Below are positions 1 through 11,939 of a DNA stretch of 64,000 nt, piece after piece. The DNA comes from an uncultured Bacilli bacterium (GTDB taxonomy: Bacteria; Bacillota_I; Bacilli_A; RFN20; CAG-449). Positions within the stretch are counted from its first letter, which is position 1. Each line of letters starts with the position of its first letter. The stretch lies in the NCBI GenBank assembly GCA_947629415.1, contig CANRDP010000001.1, positions 11,290 through 75,289 on the forward strand. The letters are read 5' to 3'. A program made the position numbers and the translations under genes. The notes beneath the pieces are model-generated. The model did not search any database. It was given only the letters and a program-made list of their open reading frames with translations, and was not told where the DNA came from.

Positions 1-71
1 CCATTTCGACTATTTTCTTTGGAAGACCGACTTCTATCAATGTAAAATTTTCGGAAATCGAAAAAATTTAA
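1..71 (+). CDS. nusG: NusG C-terminal fragment, partial at the window edge
   Basis: Frame-3 translation reads ...ISTIFFGRPTSINVKFSEIEKI*. This resembles the conserved NusG KOW-domain C-terminus (SIFGRxTPVEL...), and the nusG-rplK-rplA gene order is conserved. Confidence 0.5.
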   Translation, partial: ISTIFFGRPTSINVKFSEIEKI

Positions 72-72
72 G

Positions 73-97
73 ATCGGATGTCCGATCTTTTTTATTA
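73..97 (+). terminator. Rho-independent terminator after nusG
   Basis: Stem-loop AGATCGG-ATGT-CCGATCT followed by TTTTTT. Confidence 0.6.
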
Positions 98-208
98 AAA
101 GGAAAGCGGAAATTGCTTTGTCAAGAAAGAAAATAGAAAAAAAGACTTTTCATTTTTTCTTCGTTAAATATCGGCATTTTTCATTCTTTTAAAAAACAAA
201 AAAAGTGC

Positions 209-237
209 TTGATTTTCGATAAGCAATCTTCTAGAAT
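209..237 (+). promoter_or_regulatory. Sigma-A-type promoter of the rplK-rplA operon
   Basis: TTGATT at 209-214, a 17-nt spacer, TAGAAT at 232-237. Confidence 0.4.
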
Positions 238-351
238 AGAAAAGCATGGTGTTTTGCGCCTATTTTTGAAATGCCATGGATTTGCGCAGTGGAAGGATCG
301 AAATATCCGTTTACCACAGCACGGACAAAAACTATATAGGAGGTGTGTCAC
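238..351 (+). promoter_or_regulatory. Long 5' leader of rplK-rplA, possibly an L1-binding autoregulatory leader
   Basis: About 110-nt untranslated leader between the putative promoter and the RBS AGGAGG at 338-343. Autoregulation of the L11-L1 operon through a leader is established knowledge; the structure was not verified here. Confidence 0.25.
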
Positions 352-765
352 GTGAAAAAGATTGCGAAAGTGGTGAAACTCGAATTAATCGGCGGACAGG
401 CAAAACCGGGACCAAAACTTGCTTCTGCAGGGGTCGTTATGCCGAAATTCTGTACGGAATTTAACGCGAAGACGAGTGACCGAATCGGCGATGTTGTGCC
501 GGTGATTATTACAGCTTACGAAGACAAAACATTTGATTTTGTCATTAAAACAACACCTGTGGCCTTACTTTTGAAAAAAGAAGCGGGAATTGCCAAAGGC
601 TCGGGGAATGCGAAAACGACCAAAGTCGGTCATATCAGCAAAGAGCAATTAAGAAAAATTGCGGAATACAAATTGCCTGATTTAAATGCGAATGATGTTG
701 AAGCGGCAATGAAAATTGTCGAAGGTTCTGCCCGGAATATGGGCATTACCATTGACGACAAATAG
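352..765 (+). CDS. rplK: 50S ribosomal protein L11
   Basis: Translation VKKIAKVVKLELIGGQAKPGP...VVMPKFCTEFNAKT... matches the L11 signature. A GTG start at 352 lies 8 nt after AGGAGG, so the track start at 343 is probably too early. Confidence 0.9.
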   Translation: MKKIAKVVKLELIGGQAKPGPKLASAGVVMPKFCTEFNAKTSDRIGDVVPVIITAYEDKTFDFVIKTTPVALLLKKEAGIAKGSGNAKTTKVGHISKEQLRKIAEYKLPDLNANDVEAAMKIVEGSARNMGITIDDK

Positions 766-803
766 TGGAAGGGAATACCCGTTAATACCACAAGGAGGAA
801 AAC

Positions 804-1493
804 ATGAAAAAGAGAGGAAAAAAATATCAAGAGATATTGAAAAAAATAGATCAAAAGAAACTCTATGCTCTTGATGAAGCTTGTGCATTGGTGAAAGAAA
901 CATCGACAGTAAAATTCGATTCGACAATTGATGCTTCGTTCCGTTTGAATGTCAATCCGAAATTGGCAGATCAACAAATTCGCGGAACTTTGACGCTTCC
1001 AAACGGAAATGGCAAAACAAAGAAAATTCTTGTTGTCACCAATAGTAAAGTAGAAGAAGCAAAAACTGCCGGTGCCGATTATGTCGGTGGTAAAGATATG
1101 TTGGAAAAAATTCAAAAAGAGAATTGGTTTGATTTTGATATCATCGTTGCCACGCCGGATATGATGGGCGAACTCGGAAAAATGGGACGTGTCTTGGGCC
1201 CGAAAGGCTTAATGCCGAATCCGAAAACCGGAACAGTGACTATGGAAATCGGAAAAGCAGTTTCCGAAATTAAAAAAGGTAAAGTGGAATATCGAGTCGA
1301 TAAAGAAGGAAATTTACACTTAACTATCGGAAAAGTTTCTTTCGATGCCGAAAAATTGGTGGAAAATTTGAAGGTCGTTTGTGACACGTTGGTGCGTGTG
1401 CGTCCTTCTTCCGTCAAAGGTACTTATATTAAAAATGCGGTTCTTCATACCGTTATGGGACCAGCCGTTCCTTTCACATTTGACGGCCGATAA
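804..1493 (+). CDS. rplA: 50S ribosomal protein L1
   Basis: The 229-aa protein has L1-typical motifs (..[11 protein letters not shown].., ..[28 protein letters not shown]..) and follows rplK. Confidence 0.9.
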   Translation: MKKRGKKYQEILKKIDQKKLYALDEACALVKETSTVKFDSTIDASFRLNVNPKLADQQIRGTLTLPNGNGKTKKILVVTNSKVEEAKTAGADYVGGKDMLEKIQKENWFDFDIIVATPDMMGELGKMGRVLGPKGLMPNPKTGTVTMEIGKAVSEIKKGKVEYRVDKEGNLHLTIGKVSFDAEKLVENLKVVCDTLVRVRPSSVKGTYIKNAVLHTVMGPAVPFTFDGR

Positions 1494-1637
1494 ATATTTA
1501 CTTGAGTAGCTCAATATACCAAAGACAGTAACGGCGAAAGCTTAATAAGGTTACCGAGGTACTATTCATTAGCAAAATAATTTTATGAGTAGAACTAGTA
1601 TATTGTTGCCTATAAATTTTTAAAAAGGAGGTGCAAT
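1494..1637 (+). promoter_or_regulatory. rplJ leader, a candidate L10(L12)4-binding autoregulatory leader
   Basis: A 144-nt GC-richer untranslated region between rplA and rplJ ends in the RBS AAAGGAGG. L10-leader autoregulation in Firmicutes is established; the fold was not computed. Confidence 0.35.
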
Positions 1638-2123
1638 ATGAACGAAAATGTCTTGAAGTCTAAGCAAGAAACAGTTGCTCGTATCCGTGATGAAATGAAA
1701 GAAAATTGTTCCATTATCGTTGCGGAATATCGTGGCTTGACTGTGGCAGATGTATCGGAATTTCGTCGCCGACTTGCCAAAGACAAAGCAAAAATGACTG
1801 TTTACAAGAATTCTCTTGTCTCACGTGCCGCGGAAGAATTAGGGTACAAAGATTTAGAGCAATATCTTGCCGGCCCGAATGCCATTATTTTTTCAAATGA
1901 TGTCATTAAGGGAAGTAAAGCAGTTGTTTCCTTTGCCAAAGGACATGAGAATTTCGTGATTAAAGGCGGGCTTGCCGAAGGGAAACTCGTTTCAAAAAAT
2001 GAAATTCTGACGCTTTCAAAATTACCGGGGAGAGAAGGATTATTATCCATGCTTTGTTCGGTACTGCAAGCTCCGATCCGCAACATGGCGTATGCGGTGA
2101 AGTGCATTGCGGAAAAACAATAA
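1638..2123 (+). CDS. rplJ: 50S ribosomal protein L10
   Basis: 161-aa protein in the L10 family (..IVAEYRGLTVADVSEFRRRL..) upstream of rplL. Confidence 0.9.
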   Translation: MNENVLKSKQETVARIRDEMKENCSIIVAEYRGLTVADVSEFRRRLAKDKAKMTVYKNSLVSRAAEELGYKDLEQYLAGPNAIIFSNDVIKGSKAVVSFAKGHENFVIKGGLAEGKLVSKNEILTLSKLPGREGLLSMLCSVLQAPIRNMAYAVKCIAEKQ

Positions 2124-2155
2124 CCATAAGAATTATTTAAGGAGGAAAAAAGAAT

Positions 2156-2545
2156 ATGGCAAAATTAAGTAAAGAAGAAATGATTGCGGCCATTAAAGAA
2201 ATGTCCGTCATTGAACTCAATGATCTTGTAAAAGCAATTGAAGAAGAATTCGGTGTTACCGCTGCTGCCCCGGTTGCCGGTGGAGTTGCTGCTCCGGCTG
2301 CAGAGGAAGAAGCTGCGGCAAAAGGACCATCCGAAGTCACTTTGGTCCTTAAAGGACTTGCCGAAGGTGCGGCAAAAGTTAAAGTTATCAAAGCAGTTCA
2401 GGCCATCACCGGTCTCGGACTTATTGATGCAAAGAAACTTGTGGATAATGCACCGAGCAATATCAAAGAAAAAATTTCTCCGGCAGAAGCAGAAGGACAT
2501 AAAGCTACTCTTGTCGAAGCCGGCGCCGAAGTTGAAATTAAATAA
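2156..2545 (+). CDS. rplL: 50S ribosomal protein L7/L12
   Basis: 129 aa: N-terminal dimerisation helix, Ala/Glu-rich hinge ([21 protein letters not shown]) and the conserved C-terminal domain ...[25 protein letters not shown]... Confidence 0.92.
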   Translation: MAKLSKEEMIAAIKEMSVIELNDLVKAIEEEFGVTAAAPVAGGVAAPAAEEEAAAKGPSEVTLVLKGLAEGAAKVKVIKAVQAITGLGLIDAKKLVDNAPSNIKEKISPAEAEGHKATLVEAGAEVEIK

Positions 2546-2570
2546 CAAATTCTTTGAAAAAATTGATGGA

Positions 2571-2600
2571 ACCTGCCCCATTTTTTTGGGGTAGGTTTTT
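2571..2600 (+). terminator. Terminator or attenuator hairpin after rplL
   Basis: ACCTGCCCCA-TTTTTTT-GGGGTAGGT followed by TTTT. It abuts the start region of the downstream methyltransferase, so it probably gives partial termination. Confidence 0.5.
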
Positions 2601-2621
2601 GTGCATATAAGGAGAGGCAAA

Positions 2622-3260
2622 TTGAGCCAATATTTTATAAATGATCCGAAGGTTAAGGATCGACCGAGATCGATATCTTTTGAAATTCTTGGTAAAGCTT
2701 TTCATTTTGCCTCAAATGATGGTGTATTTTCAAAATCTTCCTTGGATGAAGGAAGTGCGATTTTGATAAAAACCTTACTGCAAACGAGAAAAATCAGCGG
2801 AAATGTGTTGGATTTGGGATGCGGATATGGCCCAATAGGCATTATTTTGGCCGCCTTTCATGAAGAAGCAAAATTTTTACTCGTTGATATTAATACGCGC
2901 GCATGTGCCCTTGCACGCGAGAACGCAAGAGCAATGAATTTATCTAATGTCGAAGTGCGTGTATCAAACTCTTTTTCCGGCGTAAAAGAAACATTTCAAA
3001 ATATTGTCACCAATCCACCGATTCGTGCGGGGAAAAAAGTGATGTATGCCATGTTTCAATCCGCCTATGAACATCTTACTTTCAACGGATCATTTTATTT
3101 TGTTATCAGAAAGAACCAAGGCGCGGAGACCGCATCAAACTATGTTCGCAGTGTATTTGGAAATTGTACAAGAATCGAACGATCAAAAGGTTATCATGTT
3201 TATGAAGCAAAAAAGGATATCCGTTTTGCAAATCAGGAAACGAAGGAGGACCTAGAATGA
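2622..3260 (+). CDS. Class I SAM-dependent methyltransferase, YbxB/RsmC-like with an NPPI motif
   Basis: Gly-rich SAM loop [12 protein letters not shown] and TNPPIRAG (the NPPF/I motif of N2-G/N6-A methyltransferases). Its position between rplL and rpoB matches B. subtilis ybxB. A TTG start at 2622 lies 5 nt after AAGGAGAGG, whereas the track start at GTG 2601 sits inside the terminator. The TGA stop overlaps the rpoB ATG. Confidence 0.7.
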   Translation: MSQYFINDPKVKDRPRSISFEILGKAFHFASNDGVFSKSSLDEGSAILIKTLLQTRKISGNVLDLGCGYGPIGIILAAFHEEAKFLLVDINTRACALARENARAMNLSNVEVRVSNSFSGVKETFQNIVTNPPIRAGKKVMYAMFQSAYEHLTFNGSFYFVIRKNQGAETASNYVRSVFGNCTRIERSKGYHVYEAKKDIRFANQETKEDLE

Positions 3261-6200
3261 GCAAAAAAGTAGAAGAAACGAAAGAATTAAAATATTTACA
3301 TAATCATCGAATTGATTATAGTCGAATTTCCGGGACATTACCCTTACCGAATCTTGTGGAAATTCAGACGGATTCTTTTCGATGGTTAATTGATAGTGGT
3401 TTGGATGAAGTTTTTAAGGATGTTTATCCGATTAAAAATCCATCGGAAACTTTAACGGTTCAATATGTTCGTTGCCGTCTGGATAAACCAAAATATGATT
3501 ATCTGGAGTGCAAAACAAGAGATTTGACCTATTCTGCACCTTTAAAAGTAACGCTTCGTCTGGTAAATTCTCTGACCGGAGAAGTAAAAGAAAATGAAGT
3601 CTTTATGGGAGATTTCCCTTTAATGACGGATTCCGGGACTTTTGTCATCAATGGTGCGGAAAGAGCGATTGTTTCTCAGATTGTTCGATCTCCGGGAGCA
3701 TATCTTTCTTCTGCTTTTGATAATAAATCCGGGAAATATTCTTATGGAGCGGATTTGATTCCGGCACGGGGAACTTGGCTCCAATTTGAAGCGGATTTAA
3801 AGGATACTTTATCCGTGCGTGTCGATCGTTTAAGAAAAATGCCTGCAACTATTCTTTTACGAGCACTCGGTTTTGTGGATTATGACAAAATGATGGATTA
3901 TTTCGGTGACGAAGTGTGCTTAGTCAATACCATCGAAAAAGAAAAAGAAACACATTTACCGGATCGTTTGACATCTGCGGATGCATTAAAAGAAATTTAT
4001 GATCGTTTACGACCGGGAGAACCTTCCACGGCAGAAGGAGCCGCGAGCTTTTTCCGGGCAAAGTTCTTTGAAGAACGTCATAAACAATATGATTTAGGCC
4101 CGGCAGGTCGTTTTAAATTCAATCGAAAATTAGGTATTTACAATCGTTTGGCCGGTCGTATTTTAGCAGAACCATTAGTATCAAATGAAGGGGAAATTGT
4201 TTACGAAGAAGGAACCCTTTTGACAAAAGAAATGGTTATGAATTTGGCCGAAGAAGGATTTTTTGAAAAAGGTGCTCATACCTTTGTTTTACCGATCAAT
4301 AAAGATTTGGATGATCACGATCGGGTTAATATTGTCAAAGTTTATGTCAATGACCGAAAAGAAAAAGTCGTGAATATTATCGGCACGGATTTAAATTTGG
4401 AATGTGATCATGTTACCATTCCGGATATTGCCGCGACCCTATCTTATTTCATGAATGTTATCGCCGGATTCGGTGAAACCGACGATATCGATCATTTGGG
4501 AAATCGTCGTATTCGTCGTGTGGGAGAATTAATTCAAAATCAATTCCGTATCGGACTTTCCCGTATGGAAAGAACCGTGCGAGATAAAATGTCCATTGCC
4601 ACGGAAGGAACGATTACTCCTCAATCTTTGACCAATATTCGTCCTTTGACAGCGGCAATTAAAGAATTCTTTAATTCATCGCAACTTTCTCAATATATGG
4701 ATCAAACCAATCCTTTGGCGGAACTTGCAAATAAAAGACGTTTATCGGCATTGGGTCCCGGTGGTCTTACACGGGATCGTGCTTCTTTTGCCGTTCGGGA
4801 TGTTCACTTTTCTCATTATGGTCGAATTTGTCCGATTGAAACACCAGAAGGTCAAAATATCGGCTTGATTAACAATTTGGCTTGTTATGCCAAAATCAAT
4901 GAATACGGTTTTATTGAAACACCTTATCGAAAGGTGAAAAAAGGAACCGGTATTGTTTCCGAAGAGACGGAATATTTATCCGCGGATAAAGAGAAAAATC
5001 ATGTGATTGCTCAAGCGAATGTACGCTTAGGCAAAAATCATGAAATTCTCGATGATCGTGTTGTTGCTCGTTATAATGGTGAAAACATTATTGTCAATAA
5101 AGAAGAAGTCGATTATATCGATGTTTCTCCAAAACAAATTGTTTCGATTGCGGCAGCATGTATTCCTTTCTTGGAAAATGATGATACGACAAGAGCTTTG
5201 ATGGGTGCCAACATGCAACGACAAGCCTTACCTTTATTAAAGCCGCATACACCTTATGTTGGAACGGGATTGGAATATAATATTGCCCGCGATTCCGGTG
5301 CTTCCGTTGTTGCTCTTTGTGACGGAGTGGTAAAAGAAGTGGATGCCAAACATATTTCCGTTGAAAATTCGGATGGCACGAGAAAAGATTATTATTTGCA
5401 AAAATTCTGTCGTAGTAACGGTGGTACTTGCATTAATCAAGTTCCGATTGTCTCTAAAGGTGACAAAGTAGAAAAAGGACAGATTATTGCCGATGGTCCC
5501 GCGATGGATCACGGAGATTTGGCTTTAGGTCAAAATGTTACCATTGCTTTTATGACCTGGAATGGTTATAACTACGAAGATGCCGTCATTATGTCGGAAA
5601 GATTAGTAAAAGATGATGTGTATACTTCCATTCATATTGAAGAACATACCATTGAATGTCGTTCTACAAAATTGGGTGATGAAGAAATTACCAGAGATAT
5701 TCCGAGTGTCGGAGAAGATGCCAAGGCCAATTTGGATGAAAATGGTATTATTATTCCCGGTGCGGAGGTTAAAGAAGGCGATATTTTGGTCGGAAAAATT
5801 ACTCCGAAAGGACAAACGGAACCGACTCCGGAAGAAAAATTATTGCAAGCCATTTTCTCGGAAAAAACAAAAGACGGAAAAGATTCTTCCTTGCGTGTCC
5901 CGCATGGCGGATCCGGTATTGTTTTGGATGTAAAACATTTTACAAGAAAAGATGGTGCCGAATTACCGCCTCTTGTGAATGAAGTCATTAAAGTTTATAT
6001 TGTTCAGAAAAGAAAAATTTCCGAAGGCGATAAGATGTCCGGGCGTCATGGAAATAAGGGTGTTATTTCCCGTATTTTGCCGGTAGAAGATATGCCGTTC
6101 TTACCGGATGGAACTCCGGTGGATATCATGTTGAATCCTTTAGGTGTTCCGAGCCGTATGAATATCGGTCAGGTTTTGGAAATGCACTTAGGTATGGCAT

Positions 6201-6835
6201 GCCAAAAATTGGGAATCAAGATTGCCACGCCTGTTTTTGATGGAATGACCAATGATGAAATTTATGAATTGATGGATCGTGCCGGAATGTCCAAAGACGG
6301 AAAAACCGTTCTTTACGATGGACGCACCGGAGAACGTTTTGATGAAAGAATTTCTGTCGGTGTCATGTATATGATCAAATTGGTACATATGGTGGATGAT
6401 AAACTTCATGCCCGTTCCACCGGACCTTATTCTTTAGTAACGCAACAACCGTTGGGAGGAAAAGCTCAGAATGGTGGACAGCGTTTCGGTGAAATGGAAG
6501 TTTGGGCATTGGAAGCTTATGGTGCCGCTCATATATTACAAGAAATTTTGACGATCAAATCCGATGATATGGTAGGTCGTGCAAAAACTTATGAAGCAAT
6601 CATCAAAGGAAAAGAAATACCAAAACCGGGAATGCCGGAATCCTTTAGAGTATTGCAAAAAGAATTACAATCTCTTGCTTTGGATGTAAAACTTCTCGAT
6701 AAAGATAATGTGGAAATTTCGACAGATAATCTTGCAGAAGAAAATGCTATGGAAGCAAGAAAGATTTCTTCTGCGGTTCGTGAAATGACAAGCGATATTC
6801 GACTTGTAAGTCCCGAAGAAGAAAATGAAGATTAA
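3257..6835 (+). CDS. rpoB: DNA-directed RNA polymerase subunit beta
   Basis: 1192 aa carrying the canonical beta-subunit motifs throughout (..[19 protein letters not shown]..), with RBS AGGAGG. Confidence 0.97.
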   Translation: MSKKVEETKELKYLHNHRIDYSRISGTLPLPNLVEIQTDSFRWLIDSGLDEVFKDVYPIKNPSETLTVQYVRCRLDKPKYDYLECKTRDLTYSAPLKVTLRLVNSLTGEVKENEVFMGDFPLMTDSGTFVINGAERAIVSQIVRSPGAYLSSAFDNKSGKYSYGADLIPARGTWLQFEADLKDTLSVRVDRLRKMPATILLRALGFVDYDKMMDYFGDEVCLVNTIEKEKETHLPDRLTSADALKEIYDRLRPGEPSTAEGAASFFRAKFFEERHKQYDLGPAGRFKFNRKLGIYNRLAGRILAEPLVSNEGEIVYEEGTLLTKEMVMNLAEEGFFEKGAHTFVLPINKDLDDHDRVNIVKVYVNDRKEKVVNIIGTDLNLECDHVTIPDIAATLSYFMNVIAGFGETDDIDHLGNRRIRRVGELIQNQFRIGLSRMERTVRDKMSIATEGTITPQSLTNIRPLTAAIKEFFNSSQLSQYMDQTNPLAELANKRRLSALGPGGLTRDRASFAVRDVHFSHYGRICPIETPEGQNIGLINNLACYAKINEYGFIETPYRKVKKGTGIVSEETEYLSADKEKNHVIAQANVRLGKNHEILDDRVVARYNGENIIVNKEEVDYIDVSPKQIVSIAAACIPFLENDDTTRALMGANMQRQALPLLKPHTPYVGTGLEYNIARDSGASVVALCDGVVKEVDAKHISVENSDGTRKDYYLQKFCRSNGGTCINQVPIVSKGDKVEKGQIIADGPAMDHGDLALGQNVTIAFMTWNGYNYEDAVIMSERLVKDDVYTSIHIEEHTIECRSTKLGDEEITRDIPSVGEDAKANLDENGIIIPGAEVKEGDILVGKITPKGQTEPTPEEKLLQAIFSEKTKDGKDSSLRVPHGGSGIVLDVKHFTRKDGAELPPLVNEVIKVYIVQKRKISEGDKMSGRHGNKGVISRILPVEDMPFLPDGTPVDIMLNPLGVPSRMNIGQVLEMHLGMACQKLGIKIATPVFDGMTNDEIYELMDRAGMSKDGKTVLYDGRTGERFDERISVGVMYMIKLVHMVDDKLHARSTGPYSLVTQQPLGGKAQNGGQRFGEMEVWALEAYGAAHILQEILTIKSDDMVGRAKTYEAIIKGKEIPKPGMPESFRVLQKELQSLALDVKLLDKDNVEISTDNLAEENAMEARKISSAVREMTSDIRLVSPEEENED

Positions 6836-6851
6836 GGAGGATAGATGATCT

Positions 6852-9800
6852 ATGTTTGATGTTAATCGTTTAGCCGCTATTAAAATCGGTCTTGCTTCAC
6901 CGGAAAAAATCCGTCAATGGTCTCATGGTGAAGTAAAGAAACCGGAAACCATCAATTATCGTTCCCAAAAACCGGAACCGGATGGCTTATTTTGCGAGAA
7001 AATTTTTGGTCCTGCCAAAGATTACGAATGTCATTGTGGAAAGTATAAGAAAATTCGTTACAATGGCGTTGTTTGTGATAAATGTGGTGTTACCGTTACA
7101 ACCAAGGCTGTACGTCGGGAAAGAATGGGTCATATTGAACTTGCCTCTCCTTGCGCTCACATTTGGTATTTAAAAGGTATTCCGAGCAAAATGGGTTTGG
7201 TTTTGGATATTTTTCCGAAACAATTGGAAGATGTCATTTATTTCAAATCGCATATTTGCTTAAATCCGGGTTCTTCAACATTATTATTCAAAAGCGAAGT
7301 AATTGATGAACGTAACGGACGCCAAATTTTCAAATCCATTATTGAAAAAGAAATTCAACCGACATTGAATCCGGAAGTGTATGATTATCAGCTTTCCGTA
7401 GATTTGATTTCCAAATTGGATAATCCTGCGGAACCATTCAATTTCTTTGATACCGCAGCTTTTGTCAATCGTTATTTGCATTCCGAATTCGGAATTGGTG
7501 CGGAAGCGATTAAACGCTTACTTTCCGAAGTGAATATCGAAGAAGAATTTAATCGTGTTCGTGAAGAATTAAAAGCAACGCAAGGTCAAAAATCGCAAAA
7601 ACGTACGAAATTAATCAAACGTTTGGAAACTTTGGAAGCTTTTAAAAATTCCGATAATAAACCGGAATGGATGATTTTAGATGCATTACCGGTGATACCA
7701 CCGGATTTAAGACCGATGCTCGCTTTGGATGGCGGTCGATTTGCCACATCGGATTTGAATGATCTTTATCGGAGAGTGATTAATCGAAACAATCGATTGA
7801 AAAAATTGATTGAAATTAATTCCCCGGCCGTTATTTTAATGAATGAAAAACGTATGCTTCAAGAAGCGGTAGATTCGTTAATCGATAACGGAAGAAAAGG
7901 AAAACCGGTTCTTTCGGCATCCGGGAAACCATACAAATCGCTTTCCAGTTCCTTAAAAGGAAAACAAGGTCGTTTCCGTCAAAATCTTTTGGGTAAACGT
8001 GTGGACTTTTCCGGCCGTTCCGTTATTGCCGTCGGTCCCAGTCTTAAAATGTATCAATGTGGATTACCGCGAGAAATGGCCGTGCAATTATTCCGACCCT
8101 TTATTGCCAGTATTATGATTAAGGAAGGCTATGCGCAATCGCATAAACAAGCCAATAAAATGATTGATCATTATGATGAAAAAGTTTGGGATATCGTCGA
8201 AAGAGTGGTTGAAAAACATCCGGTTTTGTTGAATCGTGCTCCGACATTACATCGTTTGGGAATTCAAGCGTTCCGACCGGTATTGGTTCAAGGCCATGCG
8301 ATTCGTTTGCATCCGTTAGTTTGTACCGCATTCAATGCGGACTTCGATGGTGACCAGATGGCGGTTCACGTACCGCTTTCCAAAAAAGCACAGGAAGAAG
8401 CTGTGGCGTTGATGCTTGCAAGCAATAATATTCTCGGTCCGAAAGATGGAAATCCGATTGTTACACCATCACAGGATATGATTTTGGGAAATTATTATTT
8501 AACTTTGGAATCTTCCAAAAAAGAATTCTTGGATAAGGCTAAGAAATTCCGTGAATTCGGAGATGAAGAACAGGCACAATTATATGAAGACTTCGCCGAA
8601 AAAGAAGGAAAAGTTTTCAAGAGCTTTGATGAAGTGATGCTTGCCTATCAGACACAACAAATTCATTTGCACAATCGTATTGCCGTGAAAGCCAGTTCGT
8701 TAAATAAATTGGGCTTTACGGAAGAGATGAATGCTTCTTATTTAATTACAACTGTCGGAAAGTTGATCTTCAATCAAATTTTCCCGAATGATTTCCCGTA
8801 TTTAAATGATAATCCTACGGATTGTAAAGAAAATTTATCCAGAGATCAAATAAAATTCTTTGTTCCAAAAGGTACAAATATCAAAGAATATATTGCTTCT
8901 TTGCCTTTGAAAAAACCTTTCATCAAGAAACATATTTCTTTAATCATCGATGAAGTATTCCATCGTTATCAATCGGAAAAAACTTCTGTGGTTTTGGATA
9001 AATTGAAAGATCAAGGTTTCCAATATTCCACGGTTTCCGGATTAACGGTTTCTCTTGCGGATGTGGTAAAGATTTCCGGTAAAAAGGAAATTTTGGAAAA
9101 CGGAGATAAAAAAGTCGATGTGATTCAAAACTTGTACGAACGTGGTATTTTAACGGATGAAGAACGACATAATAAAGTTTGTGAAGTTTGGGAAGATGCC
9201 AAAAATCAAGTACAGGATATTTTGAGTAAAACACTTCAAAACGATACAAGAAATCCGATTTACATGATGTCCGATTCCGGTGCTCGTGGTAATATGTCGA
9301 ACTTTGTTCAATTGGCAGGTATGCGTGGTTTGATGGCAAATCCATCCGGAGAAACCATCGAATTACCGATTAAATCCTGTTTCCGAGAAGGGCTTTCGGT
9401 TTCCGAATTCTTTATTGCTACACATGGTGCCCGAAAAGGTGGTGCAGATACTGCTTTGAAAACCGCGGACTCCGGTTATTTAACGCGACGTCTTGTCGAT
9501 GTATCGCATGATGTTATCGTGCGTGAAGTCGATTGTGGCACGGATCATGGTACTTGGGTCGAAGAAATCAAAGAAAAGGGTGAAAAAACAGCCATTGTTT
9601 CCTTATATGATCGATTGGTAGGTCGTTATACTTTACGTGATGTGAAAGATCCTAAGACCGGCGAAGTGTTGGTCCCTGAAAATACTTTGATGGATGAAGC
9701 CATGGCAAAACGAATTGTTGATGCGGGAATTCAACGTGTTGAAATTCGTACACTCTTCGGTTGTGAAACAAAAGACGGTGTCTGTATCCATTGTTACGGT

Positions 9801-10760
9801 CGTAATTTAGCGACGGGAAAAGAAGTAAAATTGGGAGAGGCTATCGGTATTATGGCCGCGCAAAGTATCGGAGAACCGGGTACTCAATTAACTATGCGTA
9901 CTTTCCATACCGGTGGTGTTGCCGGAAGTGATATTACTCAAGGTTTACCACGGGTTCAAGAGTTATTTGAAGCAAGAAAACCGAAAGGTGAGGCCGTTAT
10001 TTCCGAAATTAAAGGAAAAGTCACTTCCATTAGTGTTGACGAAAAGAATAAATCTACCATTACCGTATCAAATGATTTGGAAAGCAAAACCTATACAACG
10101 GTTATCGGTGCAAGAGTCATTGTGCAAGAGGGAGATGAAGTCGTCAATGGTCAGGAATTGACCAAAGGTGCTATTAATCCGAAAGTATTATTAAATGTTT
10201 CCGATGTTGCCGCCGTAGAAAAATATATTGTTCAGGAAGTACAAAAAGTATATCGTATTCAAGGTATTGATATTTCCGACAAACATATTGAAGTAATTGT
10301 GCGTCAGATGCTTCGAAAAATGACGGTCATCGACGGCGGAGATACGGAAATGCTTCCGGGTACAAGAGTGGGCATTTTACAATTCACGCAAATGAATGAG
10401 AAAGCCATTAAAGAAGGAAAACGTCCCGCGGTAGCTTCTCCGATTATTTTGGGAATTACCAAAGCTGCTTTGGATACGGATTCTTTCTTATCCAGCGCTT
10501 CCTTCCAAGAAACGACAAAGGTACTTACCGATGCGGCATGCAAAGGAAAAGTGGACTATCTCCATGGTTTGAAAGAGAATGTCATGATTGGTAAACTCAT
10601 TCCTGCCGGAGCTCAATTCAATCGAAAAGAAGAAGTCGAAGAAGTGAAAAAAGAAGATTTCTTCCAAGAAAAAGACGAAATGTCTTTACCTCCTTTGCAG
10701 GATGAAGAAGAAAACAGTAATGTCATTAACTTCGTGACCGATGATCTCGATAATGAATAA
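6852..10760 (+). CDS. rpoC: DNA-directed RNA polymerase subunit beta'
   Basis: 1302 aa with a zinc-binding N-terminus ([21 protein letters not shown]), the catalytic NADFDGD motif, and an acidic C-terminal tail. Confidence 0.97.
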   Translation: MFDVNRLAAIKIGLASPEKIRQWSHGEVKKPETINYRSQKPEPDGLFCEKIFGPAKDYECHCGKYKKIRYNGVVCDKCGVTVTTKAVRRERMGHIELASPCAHIWYLKGIPSKMGLVLDIFPKQLEDVIYFKSHICLNPGSSTLLFKSEVIDERNGRQIFKSIIEKEIQPTLNPEVYDYQLSVDLISKLDNPAEPFNFFDTAAFVNRYLHSEFGIGAEAIKRLLSEVNIEEEFNRVREELKATQGQKSQKRTKLIKRLETLEAFKNSDNKPEWMILDALPVIPPDLRPMLALDGGRFATSDLNDLYRRVINRNNRLKKLIEINSPAVILMNEKRMLQEAVDSLIDNGRKGKPVLSASGKPYKSLSSSLKGKQGRFRQNLLGKRVDFSGRSVIAVGPSLKMYQCGLPREMAVQLFRPFIASIMIKEGYAQSHKQANKMIDHYDEKVWDIVERVVEKHPVLLNRAPTLHRLGIQAFRPVLVQGHAIRLHPLVCTAFNADFDGDQMAVHVPLSKKAQEEAVALMLASNNILGPKDGNPIVTPSQDMILGNYYLTLESSKKEFLDKAKKFREFGDEEQAQLYEDFAEKEGKVFKSFDEVMLAYQTQQIHLHNRIAVKASSLNKLGFTEEMNASYLITTVGKLIFNQIFPNDFPYLNDNPTDCKENLSRDQIKFFVPKGTNIKEYIASLPLKKPFIKKHISLIIDEVFHRYQSEKTSVVLDKLKDQGFQYSTVSGLTVSLADVVKISGKKEILENGDKKVDVIQNLYERGILTDEERHNKVCEVWEDAKNQVQDILSKTLQNDTRNPIYMMSDSGARGNMSNFVQLAGMRGLMANPSGETIELPIKSCFREGLSVSEFFIATHGARKGGADTALKTADSGYLTRRLVDVSHDVIVREVDCGTDHGTWVEEIKEKGEKTAIVSLYDRLVGRYTLRDVKDPKTGEVLVPENTLMDEAMAKRIVDAGIQRVEIRTLFGCETKDGVCIHCYGRNLATGKEVKLGEAIGIMAAQSIGEPGTQLTMRTFHTGGVAGSDITQGLPRVQELFEARKPKGEAVISEIKGKVTSISVDEKNKSTITVSNDLESKTYTTVIGARVIVQEGDEVVNGQELTKGAINPKVLLNVSDVAAVEKYIVQEVQKVYRIQGIDISDKHIEVIVRQMLRKMTVIDGGDTEMLPGTRVGILQFTQMNEKAIKEGKRPAVASPIILGITKAALDTDSFLSSASFQETTKVLTDAACKGKVDYLHGLKENVMIGKLIPAGAQFNRKEEVEEVKKEDFFQEKDEMSLPPLQDEEENSNVINFVTDDLDNE

Positions 10761-10780
10761 AAAAGTCGGTAGATAAAAAA

Positions 10781-10811
10781 ATAGCGAAAAGAAATTTTCG
10801 CTATTTTTTAT
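10781..10811. terminator. Bidirectional rho-independent terminator between the convergent rpoC and ATP-grasp genes
   Basis: ATAGCGAAAA-GAAA-TTTTCGCTAT has a T-tract downstream on the plus strand and an A-tract upstream, which is a T-tract on the minus strand. Confidence 0.6.
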
Positions 10812-10835
10812 TGTGAATACTTTAATTCTGTTTTT

Positions 10836-11738
10836 TTAAGAAGAAACGGAATAAATTTTTTGATAAATATATTCGGCATAAGCTTTGGCAATATTTTTTC
10901 CTGTGACTTTTTCGATACCTCCAAAAAAAGCATTGGAATTGACTTCGCATATTTTATATCCGTCTTTTTCAAAAAGAACATCGATTCCGCAATAATCAAG
11001 ATGAAGAATACGACTGACTTTTTCACAAAGATCCGTTAATTCTTTTGAAGGAGTAAAAGGTATTCCTTTTCCTCCGAGCTCAAGATTGGAGCGAAAATCT
11101 TTTTTGGATTCTCTTATCATGGAAGCGATCACTTTATTTCCGATGACGATAACGCGAATATCTCTTCCTTGACTGAAAGATATAAATTCCTGAAATAAAT
11201 GAGGTTTACATTTCACTTGTTCCATAAGTGTCATGAGTTGTTTTCGGTTTTCCACTTTATAAACGCCATTTCCCAAAGATCCGTAGCTGGTTTTCAGAAT
11301 CAAAGGGTAAGAAAGTTCTTTTTCAATATGTTGATATGTTTCCTCTTTTATGGGTGTTTCTTGATTGTAACATAATAATCCCGGGAGAGTTTTTGGCATG
11401 GGAATATTTTGATTTGCCAATAAAATAGAAGTAATCATTTTGTCATCACAAGCACGTATGGCAAAATGAGAATTAAATAATTTCATACCTTCTTTTTCTA
11501 AAAGAAAGGATATGTATTTATCTTTATCTAAATAAACGCAAAAATCATAAGATAACAAAGAACAGTCAATGGCTCCTTTGCTATTAATTGTGGCATAAAA
11601 AGAATCGTTTCTCAAAATATCCATGGAGACATCCAGTTTTTCAAATTCTTCTTTTAATCTTCTGGATTGATTTAAACTATGTTCTAAAGTGGTATAAGCA
11701 TGAATTAAAATAAGACCTTTTTTCATATTTCGATACAC
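10836..11738 (-). CDS. RimK-like ATP-grasp ligase (alpha-L-glutamate ligase family)
   Basis: The 300-aa protein has the ATP-grasp fold signature (..LSYPLILKTSYGSLGNGVYKV.., ..CGIDVLFEKDGYKICEVNSNAFFGG..). An alternative start is MKKGLILIH at 11724. Confidence 0.6.
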   Translation of the reverse strand: MYRNMKKGLILIHAYTTLEHSLNQSRRLKEEFEKLDVSMDILRNDSFYATINSKGAIDCSLLSYDFCVYLDKDKYISFLLEKEGMKLFNSHFAIRACDDKMITSILLANQNIPMPKTLPGLLCYNQETPIKEETYQHIEKELSYPLILKTSYGSLGNGVYKVENRKQLMTLMEQVKCKPHLFQEFISFSQGRDIRVIVIGNKVIASMIRESKKDFRSNLELGGKGIPFTPSKELTDLCEKVSRILHLDYCGIDVLFEKDGYKICEVNSNAFFGGIEKVTGKNIAKAYAEYIYQKIYSVSS

Positions 11739-11904
11739 CTATATATAAAATTTATCAAAATATTTTAAATTTTCAAGATGAGAAATAAAACAAAGGAAAA
11801 TCCGTTTGTATATTTTTTTATTTTTGGTAAGAAGAAAAAAATAATATCAAAAAAAATCGATGCTTTTATTGAAAGGGGACATGAAAAAAAATTAATCAAA
11901 AATA

Positions 11905-11933
11905 TTGACAATAAAAAACGAAAAGAATATGTT
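11905..11933 (+). promoter_or_regulatory. Promoter of the SGNH-lipoprotein operon
   Basis: TTGACA at 11905-11910, a 17-nt spacer, TATGTT at 11928-11933. Confidence 0.35.
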
Positions 11934-11939
11934 AGAAAT

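Noticed and set aside
630-1115. 161-aa and 81-aa minus-strand ORFs across rplK/rplA
   Set aside because: They are antisense to highly conserved ribosomal protein genes and have no RBS, so they are spurious.
8944-9345. Various 60-135-aa antisense ORFs inside rpoB/rpoC (e.g. 8944-9345, 5237-5512)
   Set aside because: They lie inside extremely conserved genes on the opposite strand and have no start context.
10620-10760. Acidic C-terminal extension of RpoC as a foreign insertion
   Set aside because: Lineage-specific acidic tails on beta' are common in low-GC Gram-positives. There is no frame disruption or composition break.
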